DNA from: Botryllus schlosseri | Taxonomy: Eukaryota | Direction of reading: 5' to 3' | DNA: 64,000 bases | Assembly: GCA_051294905.1 (NCBI GenBank) | Contig: CM119371.1 | Span: 1,924,001-1,988,000, forward strand | Shown: piece after piece, positions 1 through 13,300 of the stretch | How the letters are laid out: every line of letters starts with the position of its first letter | Numbering within the stretch: the first letter of the stretch is position 1 | Notes under the pieces: model-generated | Seen by the model: only the letters and a program-made list of their open reading frames with translations | Databases searched by the model: none | What the model was told of the DNA's origin: nothing | Position numbers and translations under genes: made by a program

Positions 1-1471
1 AGAGAATTGTATAGTGCGAAACGAGCCAAGCTTGTTGGAGAGACATTTGCTATGGTCATGCTCATGAGAATGATCCATGATTTGATAGTAACGGAACGGG
101 ATTCAATGACCTAGTTTTTTGCTGACTCAGTAATTCTAATCCCAATCTAATTTGTAAAAATGTATAGCTTTAATTGACTACAGTTTTAATCTATTTTGAA
201 AAAAGTAACGCGATAATTATAATTCTACCATAATTTGGAAATAACTGTGTAGCGTCAATTCTTATTCTACGGTATGTTGAAAGAAAATTTACCAGTAATT
301 ATGATACTAATCCATTTTGCAAAAGCAGGAAATCTTCTAGATGACCGAGTCTGACTGGAAATTAATCTGAAATCTTGTCGATTTGCAGCACAACTATTGA
401 GCACATTCAAGACGAGGTTTACGAAAAATTTGTAAGTTGTCACTTGCGATTACCTAAGAAAAGTATTCGATAGCCAGTCCCAGTAATAATATTTGAAATG
501 CACATGCACATACTCCAGTACTTTTCAAACTTTCATTCACACTATTGCTACATGTACCCGAGTAAAAAATGAACGGGATCACTCCAACTTTAGTTCGAGT
601 TTAATTAATGACTATTTCGATAGTTTCTTTAAAAATTATGCGACAACATATTACGACCAATAACTATATTTATTTCAGCCCTAGCAGCTAAACAATCCGG
701 ACGCATTAATTCTCGACCTACGCCGTATTGACATATAAATTCTTCGAGTAATTCATCAAATCTCAGTTTCATAATACAGCAAATATTTCTCCCAATAAAA
801 TGAAGTCTGTGTGGTCTGAATGCAGCAAACAATCATGAATTGAAGTGACGCATTACTGCCGAAGATCAACTTTAGTATATATTGACGGAGGTGGTCAGTA
901 ACCAACTAACTCTACTTTTTCAAAGTATAAAAGTACGTTTTGCCCACTTACACTACTTACTTAAGTAGTTATTAGTTCCGACTACTTCTACTTCTATTTG
1001 ACAACTTTCATTTTTTTCAGCAAAACTAGGAGTGATGTGAAAAGTATGTTGCAACTCGATCTGAAACGATGCCTGACAGCGCTATTATATTCTTGCAGAA
1101 TAAACAAAGTCTTTTTTCTGCAAAACTACGAGTGATGCACCGCGTGTCAACGTTATGATGTCACTATCCGACATCACATCAGTTAATATTTCTAATAATT
1201 TATATAATACACAGTTTGCGTCACAATATTTCTAAGCTGTTGTTTGAGACCGGATGTGCATGAGAATGGATCGACGATGTAATGGAAGGATAAATCTCAA
1301 CTCTCATTTTAGAACGGTCAGACTTCGCAACATCTACTCACTTCCCACGAAAATTCCAGTCGAGTCGATTCCAGGCATCCCTTTCTCCGAACACTGAAAT
1401 AAGAAATAAGTTATATAGCTTAAAATGCTTGTTAGCAAAAGATGTATGCATTCTATGAATTGTGCTCTGTG

Positions 1472-1474
<3 letters not shown>

Positions 1475-1508
<34 letters not shown>
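1475..1508. repeat. (GA)n microsatellite
   Basis: Directly visible. Imperfect (CT)n tracts also occur at ~19558-19600 and ~25808-25848. Confidence 0.95.
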
Positions 1509-1512
<4 letters not shown>

Positions 1513-1835
1513 AAACAGTCATCAGGCTCAAAGAGAGTTGAAGTTATCAATAATATAAATGAATTGTGTCCTACGATACACGGTGGTTTAGTTATGATAG
1601 GCGTACAGAACTTGCGCTTATCTACTATTTGAAATCCAAATCCTATTCCTGATGATACATTCAAATCCAAGTACAAATCCATATTTTATTTTGTCTCGCG
1701 TCCATATCCACGTCCAAACCGGTAATGGCGGAAACTTGATCAAAAAGTCGCATGGAAATGTAAGTTACGTGAAATTCTAAGTCAAAGTATGGATGAAAAT
1801 CCATCTTCGAATGAATCATAAACCATTATCTAAAG

Positions 1836-2207
1836 CAGTGGTTCCCAACGTGAGCGATATCGCCCCCCCCCCCCCTATAGGGATTTAGCGGTCTAGGGGG
1901 GCGTAAATGGACAGAGGGGGCGACAGGGGGAGAAAATAGCTTAGGGAACAATAGGGCAGCGATGACGCGTTAAAACAGCTATATTGGAGTCAAGTCGGAG
2001 AAATGCCCTATTTTTAGTCAACCCACGAAAATTTAGCTGCAAAAGCGTAAAACTTCGATATCAAGCTGAAAAGTTGCCCTTTTTGTGTGATACCCGCCGG
2101 TGATTACAGTTTGTATGCCCATTTTTCGGTTCACAAAATTTGGGAGGCAATGATCGGTGTGGTGCTTGAAAAGGGGGCGATGAGTCGAAAAAGGTTGAGA
2201 ACCACTG
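1836..2207. mobile_element. hAT-like MITE
   Basis: TIR CAGTGGTTC(C/T)CAAC; 8-bp TSD ATCTAAAG. Confidence 0.9.
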
Positions 2208-4161
2208 ATCTAAAGCCAGGCAAAAGAGATGACGCGTGACCTCAATACCATAGAGATGCATAGAGTGGATTCATAAAATGGTGAAATTATTTGTTATAGT
2301 TTCCATTCAAAAGTGGTGGCTTTCAAGGGGAACATTGCTGCGGCCAAAATCTTTTTCACACTCTCCACTTTCATTTCAGACAACATTATATTTAGAGCGC
2401 AGTGTCGTTTTAATGTGTTATAGTTATGTCAGTGGGCAGTGAAATGAGAAATTACACACAATATCATGCCCGGTAGTAGAATGCATACTACGTGTATCTA
2501 ATCCAATTAGATATGGGAATGACTGAAAGTAACTCTAATCCATTTGTAAAACATTCCCTGCAATATGCAGCTAATTATTTACGTATTGTCAATCGATTCA
2601 AATCACTAAATTTATATTCGATTTATATTCGCACCGGTTCCACGTTCTGTGAGATACTATCACTGAACGAATATGAACTCGCATATATTTGTTTTCGTAT
2701 CAGAGGTAAATCGAACAAAGTAATCCCGAATGCTATTTTAAGAATTATAGTACTTGATTAGGTTGGACGAAACGATTTCGGATTTAATGCAATGGTATTG
2801 ATTATAATTCAGTTCTACTTAAAAGAATGCACGAGGTACATCAACGTAAATTCCCGGTGATGAAATGATTTGTATCAACGCCAATATTAAAAGTGGGATG
2901 CTGCACAACATAAAACGACGAGTCCTCCGGAGAGGTGGTTAGTAATGGAGTAACTCTACTTTATCAGACTACTCAAGTAGTGCTGTCTACTTGCATCGCT
3001 TAATCAAGGGGTTGTCATTTTAGACTACTTCCTGTCACAGTTGTTAGTCAAAACTACTTACTTTATACAATATTGATTTTGAAAGCATCAAGTTGTTCCT
3101 AGCTGCGTATTCGTCGTCGTTTTCAGTGCAATTCCTATAGCAGCCGCCTTAAATAGCGCATGTATCACGGTGACTGCATGAACATATTTTCAGAGATTCC
3201 ACTCACTTGCAGTGTCATTTAGTCATTTTGCATTAGCCGCGAATACATATCTTGCAATTTCGAAAGTAGATTTCTCCTATAAACTGCTAAAGTATGAGGC
3301 CCTTCAACCAAATCTACCTTTTGAAACTACTTATTTCACTACATTTCAGACTAATGCATTTTCCTGCTTACACCTCAAGTCAATTTGTGATTTCTTGGAG
3401 ATTGCTACTTCTACTGGTATATCAGCAGCAGCTTACGATGCTACTTATAGTTCTCCATGAGTCTTAACTCTGACTACTTTGACTACCTCTAATCACTCAT
3501 GAACTCGTGCTAGCAATTCTCAGAACCGATCGGAGTCCGCTTGGTCACCAGACATCACAAATAACCTACATTATTAAATTTGTTCCATAGTTAATAAAGT
3601 ATATGAAAGTGGTTTACAAGTTTCTTTGACTCATTGTCCCCTTATCAAGCTCGATATATCTTTATCACGCCCCATAAATGTAGAGATACCATCAGCAGCG
3701 AAGTAAGCCTACTTGTGCTTTTCTGTAGTACTTATTATTATATACTTGTTTCGCTTCCCACGTAGTTTTGTTCGTATACTACTTCTACATTAACAGTTTT
3801 TATAGTCAATACTAATTTTTGCATTCTTGATATTGTCATGTGAATGTAGTTTTTGACGCACTTCAACGACGCCTTGCTTCGAAATTGATAAATTTGATAT
3901 GCAAGCTCACTATCAGCAACGTGTCAGAGATCATGCCTGAATTTCGTACAACAATTAATCGTATCAAGTATGGGATGTCGCATGAAGCTAAAATTCACGA
4001 ATACCGTGGATTATCACGTAACCCTGGTCATGACGCTACGTCATGCATGGAACGAAAGCCTTAAGATTTTAGCTGCATTAATAACGAATTAGACCTGTTA
4101 CGTGAATTGACCATTTCATTCAAAATGATCGCGCTCATGTAATATACCTAATACAACGTAT

Positions 4162-4383
4162 CTAAGACACGATGCAACCAAACAATGACTCACAGTATAA
4201 AAGTTGCAACTCAGTATCGAGATCATTTGCAATCTTCTTGACTTTCTGCAATTCGTCTCCTTTCAACTTATCTTCGTCATCCCAGTATATCAATGTTACT
4301 TCCTTCAAATTGGAGTTATTGATGAGAGACGAAATGTCAACGAGGGAAGCAGGATACCGTAATATGCATCGGATATATTCGAT
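4162..4383 (-). CDS. Putative terminal NLR exon (IEYIRCIL...NLKEVTLIYW...GCIVS*)
   Basis: Acceptor ttctcactgcag| in phase 0; LRR-like NLKEVTL; ends in TAG. Confidence 0.6.
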   Translation of the reverse strand: MEYIRCILRYPASLVDISSLINNSNLKEVTLIYWDDEDKLKGDELQKVKKIANDLDTELQLLYCESLFGCIVS

Positions 4384-7300
4384 CTGCAGTGAGAAATTAT
4401 GACTATTCATATTGTGTATTACAATGATGCTTACCACTATTGTTGAGCATTTCACGAGTGGCCATCATTAGTACAATATACCTTGGATCCCCAGCTTGGA
4501 CGGTAGGGTGGTTCAAAAATAACCCTTTTTCCTGAATCTTGCAGGTTACTTGATTAAATCGTTAGGTTGCCTTAAAAAACGACGCACACCAAATTTGAAT
4601 TCATTCCAACCAATATTCGCGGATTTCGTAGAGTTTGAAAATTTTGAATTTGCCTAAAAATGCAAAAAAAAATTTTTTTCAAATTTTTCTGCGAACCCCA
4701 TGAAATTGTTGCGCTGTCTTCGAAAACGATGCAAAACAAATTTGACTCAATTCGAAGCCGTAGAAGTGGAGTTATTTCAGTTTTTCTTTGATAATTCTGG
4801 GATTATCCTTGATTGGTGGATCATCTCAGAATTATCATCAAAAAACTTGAATAACTCCGCTTCTGCAGCTTGGAATTGAGTCAAATTTGTTTTCCATCGT
4901 TTTTGAAGACAGCGCAACAATTTCATAAGGTTGGAAGGGAAATTTGAAAAAAAAATTTTTTTGCATTTTTAGGCAAATTCAAAATTTTCAAACTCTACGA
5001 AATCCGCGAATATTGGTTGGAATGAATTCAAATTTGGTGTGCGTCGTTTTTTAAGGCAACCTAACGATTTAATCAAGTAACCTGCAAGATTCAGGAAAAA
5101 AGGTTATTTTTGAACCACCCTATTGGACGGTTTAGTCTGGCCCGCTAGGCGATTCTGAATAAATGGCCGTATTATCCTGCACATTTCTAATACATGTTGA
5201 GATTTCTAGTAGGAAACACTTCCATTCTCCCAAGACAGAAAATGTCGAGCGTGTTCATAGGCCAAATTATAACCATCCGACCGTGGTGTTGAGGTTACAC
5301 TGGAGTCACCGACAGCAACAAGTCACTGCCATTGACACTATATTACCATACGTCCTCTTTTCTGACTTTTTTGAAGGTGTTCTAGGAGCACTAGGGGTGC
5401 TCAAAAGAGACTTTTTTTCAATTTCATCGGCTTACTTCTCAAATCATCAGGTTACCTAAAAAACGCTGCACACCAAATTTGACTCAATTCCAACCAGTGG
5501 TAGCCAAGGTCAGTAAAATTGAAATTTCAGTCATTTTTGAAATAATAGTATTTACGGTGACCAATTTCGTCACACCGACATGACGAAAAATCGTGTACCA
5601 GGTATGCCCGAAGTGACAGGGATGTCTTTTTTACTTGTTTTGATCTTGATACGGCCTAGGGTAGGGTTTGTATGAAGACATCGCCAGTAAACGAAAAAAC
5701 TATATGACATGGACTACCTGGAAAGTGGTGCACTTTATTGAAATAGACATGTCAAAACGATGGTCAGATAATTTTCAAATAAATTACTTAACACACTAAA
5801 ATTAACGACCACGAAAAGAAAATGAACTGACAAGCAGGTAAAATCCACGTAAATATATTTCTCTAGTGATCTAACTTCTTGGTCGGTGCAATATAAATTT
5901 CTTCACATGATATTTTTTTATTTGCTCTGCACCACTCCTACAGTACTATCACAGGCGAATTAAAAGAGTTATGGGCATCGTGACAGATCTTCTTTCTATC
6001 AAAAGTTATTGTCCTCTATTCTTGTCATCCTCCTCCTCCATATTCGGTTACTATAATCAAATTGTATTCATATATCGCGGTAAAACTCCAATACCTTTTA
6101 TAACTCTATGACAACAGGTTCTGGTGATATTGAAAAAATGACTAATGTGCTTTATAAGCTCACTGGGTCACCATTTGGTTTCCCCGAATCTCGCATATGT
6201 GAAGTATCAGAAATGTTTCCCAACTCCTAAATACTATTCAGTGGCATAGCCCATTCTGAATTGCAAGCAGTACCAACTTCAACGCTCTGGATCAGTCAAT
6301 ATCAAACAGCAAAGAAATATTCGAAAACTGAGCTGCTGAGGAATGCAACTTATGTCTCTGTGAATGAGGTTGTGGGAATGGCGACTTTGCAATCATTAAT
6401 AACTTTGAATCAAGGCAGAGAGTATGCCCTGCATAACTGGGATAGATTTCGTCAAATCTAAATTTGTCCGACAAAAAATACTTCTAGATATGACTAGCAC
6501 TTGAGAAATATATTTACCGTAATTTTCCGAATATAGTGCGCCCCCATGTATAATACGCACCCTTAAAATGACGTGTATATTTGTGGGGAAAAGCCTGTAC
6601 CCATGTATAGTACGCACCCTGCATTCGCAGTACATGAGTACATGAATAATTGCAGTTTAGTCTTCGATGTTGTACTGTTTTGCGATGTCACTGTCGAACA
6701 GTCATGACATAATGATCGCTAATCATAATAGAATTATCGGCATTGTCTCTAAACGAGAGTAGATAGAAGCCAAAGCCTGTGAGGTCGGCGGCGCGATAAT
6801 TCAGGCTAGCGAAACACGACATCTTGCGCACGACGGCTATTACAATTACAGATGCGATTGCTCAGGCCAACGGTTATGTCGGGCGCACCAGTCCCGTTGG
6901 AGATGCGACTGATTACGCAAGCGATTATATCTTGCGCACATGGCCTCTTGTGTATGCGATTGTTAAGGCCTGTTGTTGACGCGATGAATCAACAAGGATT
7001 GCCGCGCACGCTTGTAGCAATCAGCGACCTAATTTCGCTCGCGTACAAACTGCAAACCAATTCAGCAAGAGATTGCGTGCTTTGCAGACGACTCACGTTA
7101 ATTTAGAAACACGCTTTTCGTTAATTGGCAACACGCTTCTCTATTTGACAGCGCGTTACACTCTATAATTCGAATTATGCGGCCCAATCAATGGCTAGAG
7201 GTGACGTGTGATTTAAACAAACATGAAGAAAGGTGTGATTTCAAGTTCTTGATCGAGGGATTTTTTTTCAAGGCTTGCTGTACCCATGTATAATACGCAC

Positions 7301-10300
7301 CTCCCTATTTTTGGGCAAAATTTTGCCCATTATACATGGAAAATTACGGTACCTGTATTTTACCTGCTTGTCAGTTCATTTTCTTTTCGTGGTCGTTAAT
7401 TTTAGTTTGTTAAGTAATTTATTTGAAAATTATCTCACCATCGTTTTGACATGTCTATTTCAATGAAGTGGCCCAATTTCCAGGTAATCCGCGTCATATA
7501 TTTTTTTCGTTCACTGGCGATCTCTTCATTCAAATCCCACCGTACGACCTTGTCAAGATCAAAACAAGTGGAAAGACATCCCTGCCACTTTGGGCATATC
7601 TGAAACACGATTTTTGGTCATCTCGGTGTGTTGAAATTGGTCACCGTAAATACTATTATTTCAAAAATGACCGAAATTTCAAGTTGAGTGACCAAGGCTT
7701 CCACTGGCTGGAATTGAGTCAAATTTGGTGTGCAACGTTTTTTTGGTAACCTGACGATTTGACAACTAAGCCGATAAAATTTGAAAAAAAAGAGTTTTTT
7801 TTAACACCCCTAGGGAGCACGCTCAAATGATCTCTTTTTGAGGATTTGTCCTCTTTTTAGAAAATTTTGGTAAAATGTATGTGAAAATTCAACTGAGAAA
7901 TTTGAAATACGTACTGAAGTAACGCGGTAGGTCTTTTGGGAGTTGAGCAAGAAAGGTGACTTTTTTTACTCAACCAACTACAAACTTGGAATAAATTCGA
8001 CAATTTTTTAAAATTTCTTTTTTTTTATTGCGAGTCTGAAATTTTTTGAAAGGTGTCCTCTTCTCAGATTCCCAAAATATGGTAACCCTAATCGACACTT
8101 AATTCTGACAAGGCGAAAAAGTGCTCAGTGAGTTCACAGTTTTATCGGAAAACGGACCACAAAGTAATTATGTGCAGAAGTGGATAATAAAATTATGACA
8201 CCAAACTATAATTTAAATATCTGTGGTCGCACTCTATTTGCGTTAATGACTCAACATCTCCTTGGCTTCCAGAGAAACCCGAATCAAGATGTAAAAATGA
8301 TGAAGCAACTTTCAACGTCTACGTTTACGGTTAAATCGCTTGTACTCTTCACAACGCTTACACAGGATTGTCAGATGCCGACTAAAACAAAGCAAGCATG
8401 GCAATGCGCCAACGTATATCGTCGGTCCCGCCATTCATCGTAATTTCGCCAATTCGTTTGTTTGCGAATAATAAAGGTATTGATGGAATAGAACCAGATG
8501 GCCGTGATATAACGTGATTACTATATAACGCATAAGCTTTTCAATCAAGTATTCAAGTGCAAAACAAGGGCGTGGATTTTAAGGAAATACTTTGGAATCA
8601 TTTGACTGGTCCGGCCCGCGAGTGCTCTGAAAGTTTGACTCTGACCCGCGACGCCAGTTGAGTTTGACACCCCCGCTTTAGATGAACAAATTACCAGGAA
8701 TTACGAACTCCGCAACTGCGATGGATATCTCGGGCATGGAATATAACTTAATTTATGTGGAGGGGACTCGAACTGTGCGGCAGAATTCAATGATAAACGT
8801 GTGATGGTGGGAGAAGAATGTCCAATATATCCAATGCAACTAATACTGGATGATAAGTACTACCTTCTTTCGCTGACAATCTTCTAACGTCTTCCTGAAT
8901 TCATCTGCTTTCTCAACGTAAAACATTGCATGGATATGAAGGGGAACGGAAATTGCTCTCCCGCGCTCCAAAATTAGTTTGTAATCGTCGACGGGTATCT
9001 GGCCATTCACGGCAATATCCAGGAGATCCAACTAAAATGCATGAATTTTTATTCAGACTTGAATATAGCCACGGAAGAGATCATTGGGTCCGAAGTCACA
9101 TACAATCATAGGTAAATTTAAATGCGTTTGGAAATACTTTATGAATCGAATCAGGAATCGTACTTGATACTTTTTCCAGCAAGTCTCAATCATCGACCAG
9201 TCCATCGACCAGATGTTTTCTTCTTCTTCTGTGCAATCGAGCACGATCTTGCTTATCTGAACACAATATTGGTTTCATTAGGTAGGATTACTTGATTGTT
9301 ATGATGTATTCCCATTTGAATAATTATCCATCCAGTTTCAGTACAATAGTACTTAGTATGAATTCTTCGATTCTCCATAATGCTTATACTACATCGGTTT
9401 TAGTCTCATCAAAGAACATGCTTTTTTTTAAATCTACTTATGAATATGATATGCATTGTACAGACGGATGATATAGAAGATGATGGTCAAAGTAGTCATC
9501 GTCGGTGGTCAAGCAGAAGTAATGCCTTCAATTTTTACTCAAGTAGAGGTATAAGAATCAATATGCAGGTAGTAAAAAAGTGAGTACTCAAGGCCTAGTT
9601 TTGACTGAAAAATGAAAACCACAAATAGAATTGAAAGTATTCTAAAATCATAACCACTTGAGTAAGTAGTTAAGTAGGAATAATCTACTTGAATTACTAC
9701 GACAAGTAGAAGTACTTTGTTACTGATCACATCTGGATATAGGTTGTAAGGAACTCTGGCTATGTAACGTGGTCATGGTCACTCATGTTTACCTGAACTT
9801 ACCTATATGCTTGGCACGGAGAAGCATACCTTATTTGAATTGTTAACTGCCAGCTTTCCAAAACTATTATTTGTAGCATGCATTGTTGATTTTCACCTCT
9901 GACAACGTCAATGCTTGAGCGTACAATTTCACTTATAAAATGGATGAAAACTTATCCGTGAAGTACTTTATATTTTCCAGAATCAAAATTTATGAAAACT
10001 TAACACGAACTACATTCTCCGTATCAGAATACAAAATACAACAAGCAATTAGTCTCGTAAAATAGGGTTAACCTATTCTGGAATCGGGTTAAAGTGGTAA
10101 ACTTTTTCCACTTCGTAGTTGGTTGACTATAAAAAAGGTCAACTTTCGCTCAGCTCACGAAATACCCGCCTGACAGTGAGTTCAGTGTTATTTTATGGTA
10201 TCTCGGTCGAATTTTGCCCTGTGTTTCAGCAAAATTCTGAAAAAAGAGGATAAAATCTCAAAAAGGAGGACATTTAGGCGTCCTCTGAGGACATTTCCAA

Positions 10301-13300
10301 TACCCCGAAAAAGGAGGAGAAGTCCTCATAAAAGAAGGCGTACGGTGACCCTATGTAAAAGATCTGCTCAAGTAGAATTTGAAGTAGTCAAAACATTGCC
10401 GCTTGAGTAAGTAGCGGAAGTAGGCAAAATTTATTTGAGTATTATGGAGAAGTAAAGTACTGGTTTGCTAACCACATCTATTAACGAGTCACTTACATAT
10501 TTCCAGAGTACATGGTTATTATGACAATTTCACTCATAATTTTAATGGAAAGTTACGAACTGCTTAATACTTTTCAGAATGCAAATTGTAACCAGTAAGT
10601 CGACTTGCCAAAAAATGCTCAAGTCGAAACGGAGAGACGACTACTTGCGTAAGTACTTGAACTATGTAAACTGTACTAACCCCATCCATGAAAAGACTAC
10701 TTTTCAGAGTACAAAACAGGTTATGGCAACTTACATTACTAGCCCAATTAGTTTCGATTTTAAGCTACTTCCATTTCTACTCGAACAGCTCCTTCACAAA
10801 TGCACATACTTTTCACGCATTAAATTTCTAAAAGCAGAAATTCAAAAGTAGCCACAACTGATAAACTGAAAAATATTTGCAAAACATCGACAAAAAATAC
10901 TTTTGAAAACTTTTTACTTGAGTACATTCCAGGCCTTACATTTTCAACTTTGAACAGGTGTTTTAAGAGCTAACTTTACTTGGAATTGTGTATAAATTCA
11001 AGCCATTACTTCTGCTTGGACTTGATTAGCGACGCTGACAACATTGACCACTTCTGCGTATACTCCAGACCGACTGGCAATATTATGAACGCAAGTTAAG
11101 TAGAAATTGACAGCACACGTTATAAATTGAAACTTGCATCTTACTGTACTGTGCATTCTCTTGTTACTAAAAATACCGAATTCGATATCATATGAGATTT
11201 TTGCATTATATGCCCTTATCAAAATAAGACCATATCCACTGTACTGAAATTGTAACATCGAGCCATGAAATTATGCCTTGAACCACAAAGCGAATTGACC
11301 ACCAGCAAACTACCCAACCATAATTATTATTAATTCAAGCGCGCTCAAGAAATCATTCGGTTACTTATTTTTGTTAGATATTCAGGTATTGATTACTGGA
11401 TTACCTACTGTAAGATGAAGTACATTTGAAAGTAGAAGCAAATAGAATGGTCGAATCGGTCAACCGTGATTCAAAGTTCAAATCTACAGCAAACACGAAA
11501 CTAAATAAATAGCATTTAAATAAAAATATATCTGTACCAGACCTTTTTTACTTTATACTCTGATAACTCCCGTACACCAGCCTGCTTGACATACAGTTCT
11601 TCAATCAATTTGACAAATTCTGCATTGAAGAGATTGATCAAAAATTCCACCGTCGCGAGGGAAACAACCATTTTGAATGATAGAGTGGATTCCTGCGAAA
11701 ATAAAGTGTTGCGAGTGAGGTCACAATCCACCAACAAGAAGCCCTAAGATATATGTGTGACTGAAGAATTTTATTTAAAAAATTCAAAAGAAATATCAGT
11801 GACTTGCAAACAGATAAAAAAAAGTCAACACGAGAAATTATTCCAACACCTCACACCGTGAGGGTTATAATACGATGTCTTCGAAAATTGTCAATTTGGC
11901 GCGCTGCCCGAAAAAATAACCGTCATACAGAGCACTCAAACACAAACTCATTGAGAAAGCGCAGCAGAATGTACAGCGTAGATAATACACATAGGAAATT
12001 AACACAATGAAAAAGCAATCAAGCAACCAAGCCAGTCAGATCGCTTTCGGCTTGCGTATCGTACGACCACTCGAGGTTAGCTTTACCATAGTGACTACTA
12101 CTGCATACTGCGGGCTAGGCGAAATAGTCGCGTTCTGAGAACATATCTTTGCAAACGAGTCACCTGAAATTGCGCACATGAACCACGTCACCGCTACAGG
12201 CATTATGTTGATCGAAACTTTTTAGAAAATATAGTCCGTCCACATCTATTTTGCGCCAAGCATGAAGAAATTTTGGACTCTGCACCTGAATATCTTTGTC
12301 TTGGTCTCTCTCTTCCCTTCTTCGTGAAAGTACATAATACTTCTACTTGATAATTTGTAAATAAGTAGGTAAATCTCAAAATATGACAGAGAACAAGTAC
12401 AAGTAGAGTGTCGGAAATAGGATTTACTTGTTTAAGTGCTACAAGTACGGGAGTACTTGAGTACTTCGGAAAAGTAGAAGTACTTGGTCATTGACAAATT
12501 CTTGGTTTGAATTAACAGAATATTTAAATTCGCTTCAACTCTTAATCACCGTGTCATTGTATTGGTTATTTCAATTGACCAAAGTTGAATAACGTTAGAT
12601 TCAAGGCTATTTGATTTGAGTAAACCAAGCAATTCGATTCCAAATCGCATCCCTTACAACGCTGTTTTATTATATCGAAGCAGAACTTTGCCCAGAATAT
12701 ACGTTGAATGCCCCCCCCCACTCCTACACACAATGATTCTGACAACAAAAATCTTCAAGTTCAGCAGGCCAAAAAATGACTTAGGAAATTATCACAAACT
12801 GTAAGCTTACTATTCCCTACAAAATTATCGCATCTTCAAAACGTTCATGATTACGTCATGAGCTACAGCTTGGCGATACTACACTGCGAGCTGATCGCTT
12901 CACGTGCCTAGCGTTGTCTACAGTTGCGCGCATAGTGAAGTCAGTGAAATGAGCGAACGTTCAATCCAATCAGAAGTATGGACTCGTTATCAAACTTGAT
13001 TCATCTTGATATCAAACCTTTATGTTGAAGTGCCCGTCAATAGTATCCTCAAAAAATATGTGACTTTCTCTTATCTTGATGACATCTTCTTCGTTCTTCA
13101 ATTCAACCCATTCTCCCCATTCTTCTCCTACAGTCATCTTGACAACCTGAATATTGTTCAGATGTGAAACTCGAGATCGTGCATTTTATCGATCATCCAC
13201 CGCCGTATCGCAGATACAGTGACGACCGAAGCATCACAGATCCTCATATGTTACACGTCATCGACACGGGTCACTGATTTTACCGGCGTTTTTGTCAGTG

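Noticed and set aside
6852..7106. Homologous short ORFs 6852-7106 and 38415-38771 as a gene family
   Set aside because: Both lie inside copies of one non-autonomous TIR element and show no recognisable domain.
12130..12330. Additional exon between X and Y (KIDV.G..YF...Q.N.C.G.VVH-like segment)
   Set aside because: Stops and frameshifts in the copies and no consistent splice sites; similarity is explained by duplicated intron.
890..12490. Scattered ACTACTT / AAGTAG-rich patches (e.g. ~890-1000, 2930-3070, 9540-9730, 10370-10480, 12330-12490)
   Set aside because: Probably decayed MITE subterminal repeats; ends and TSDs could not be defined.
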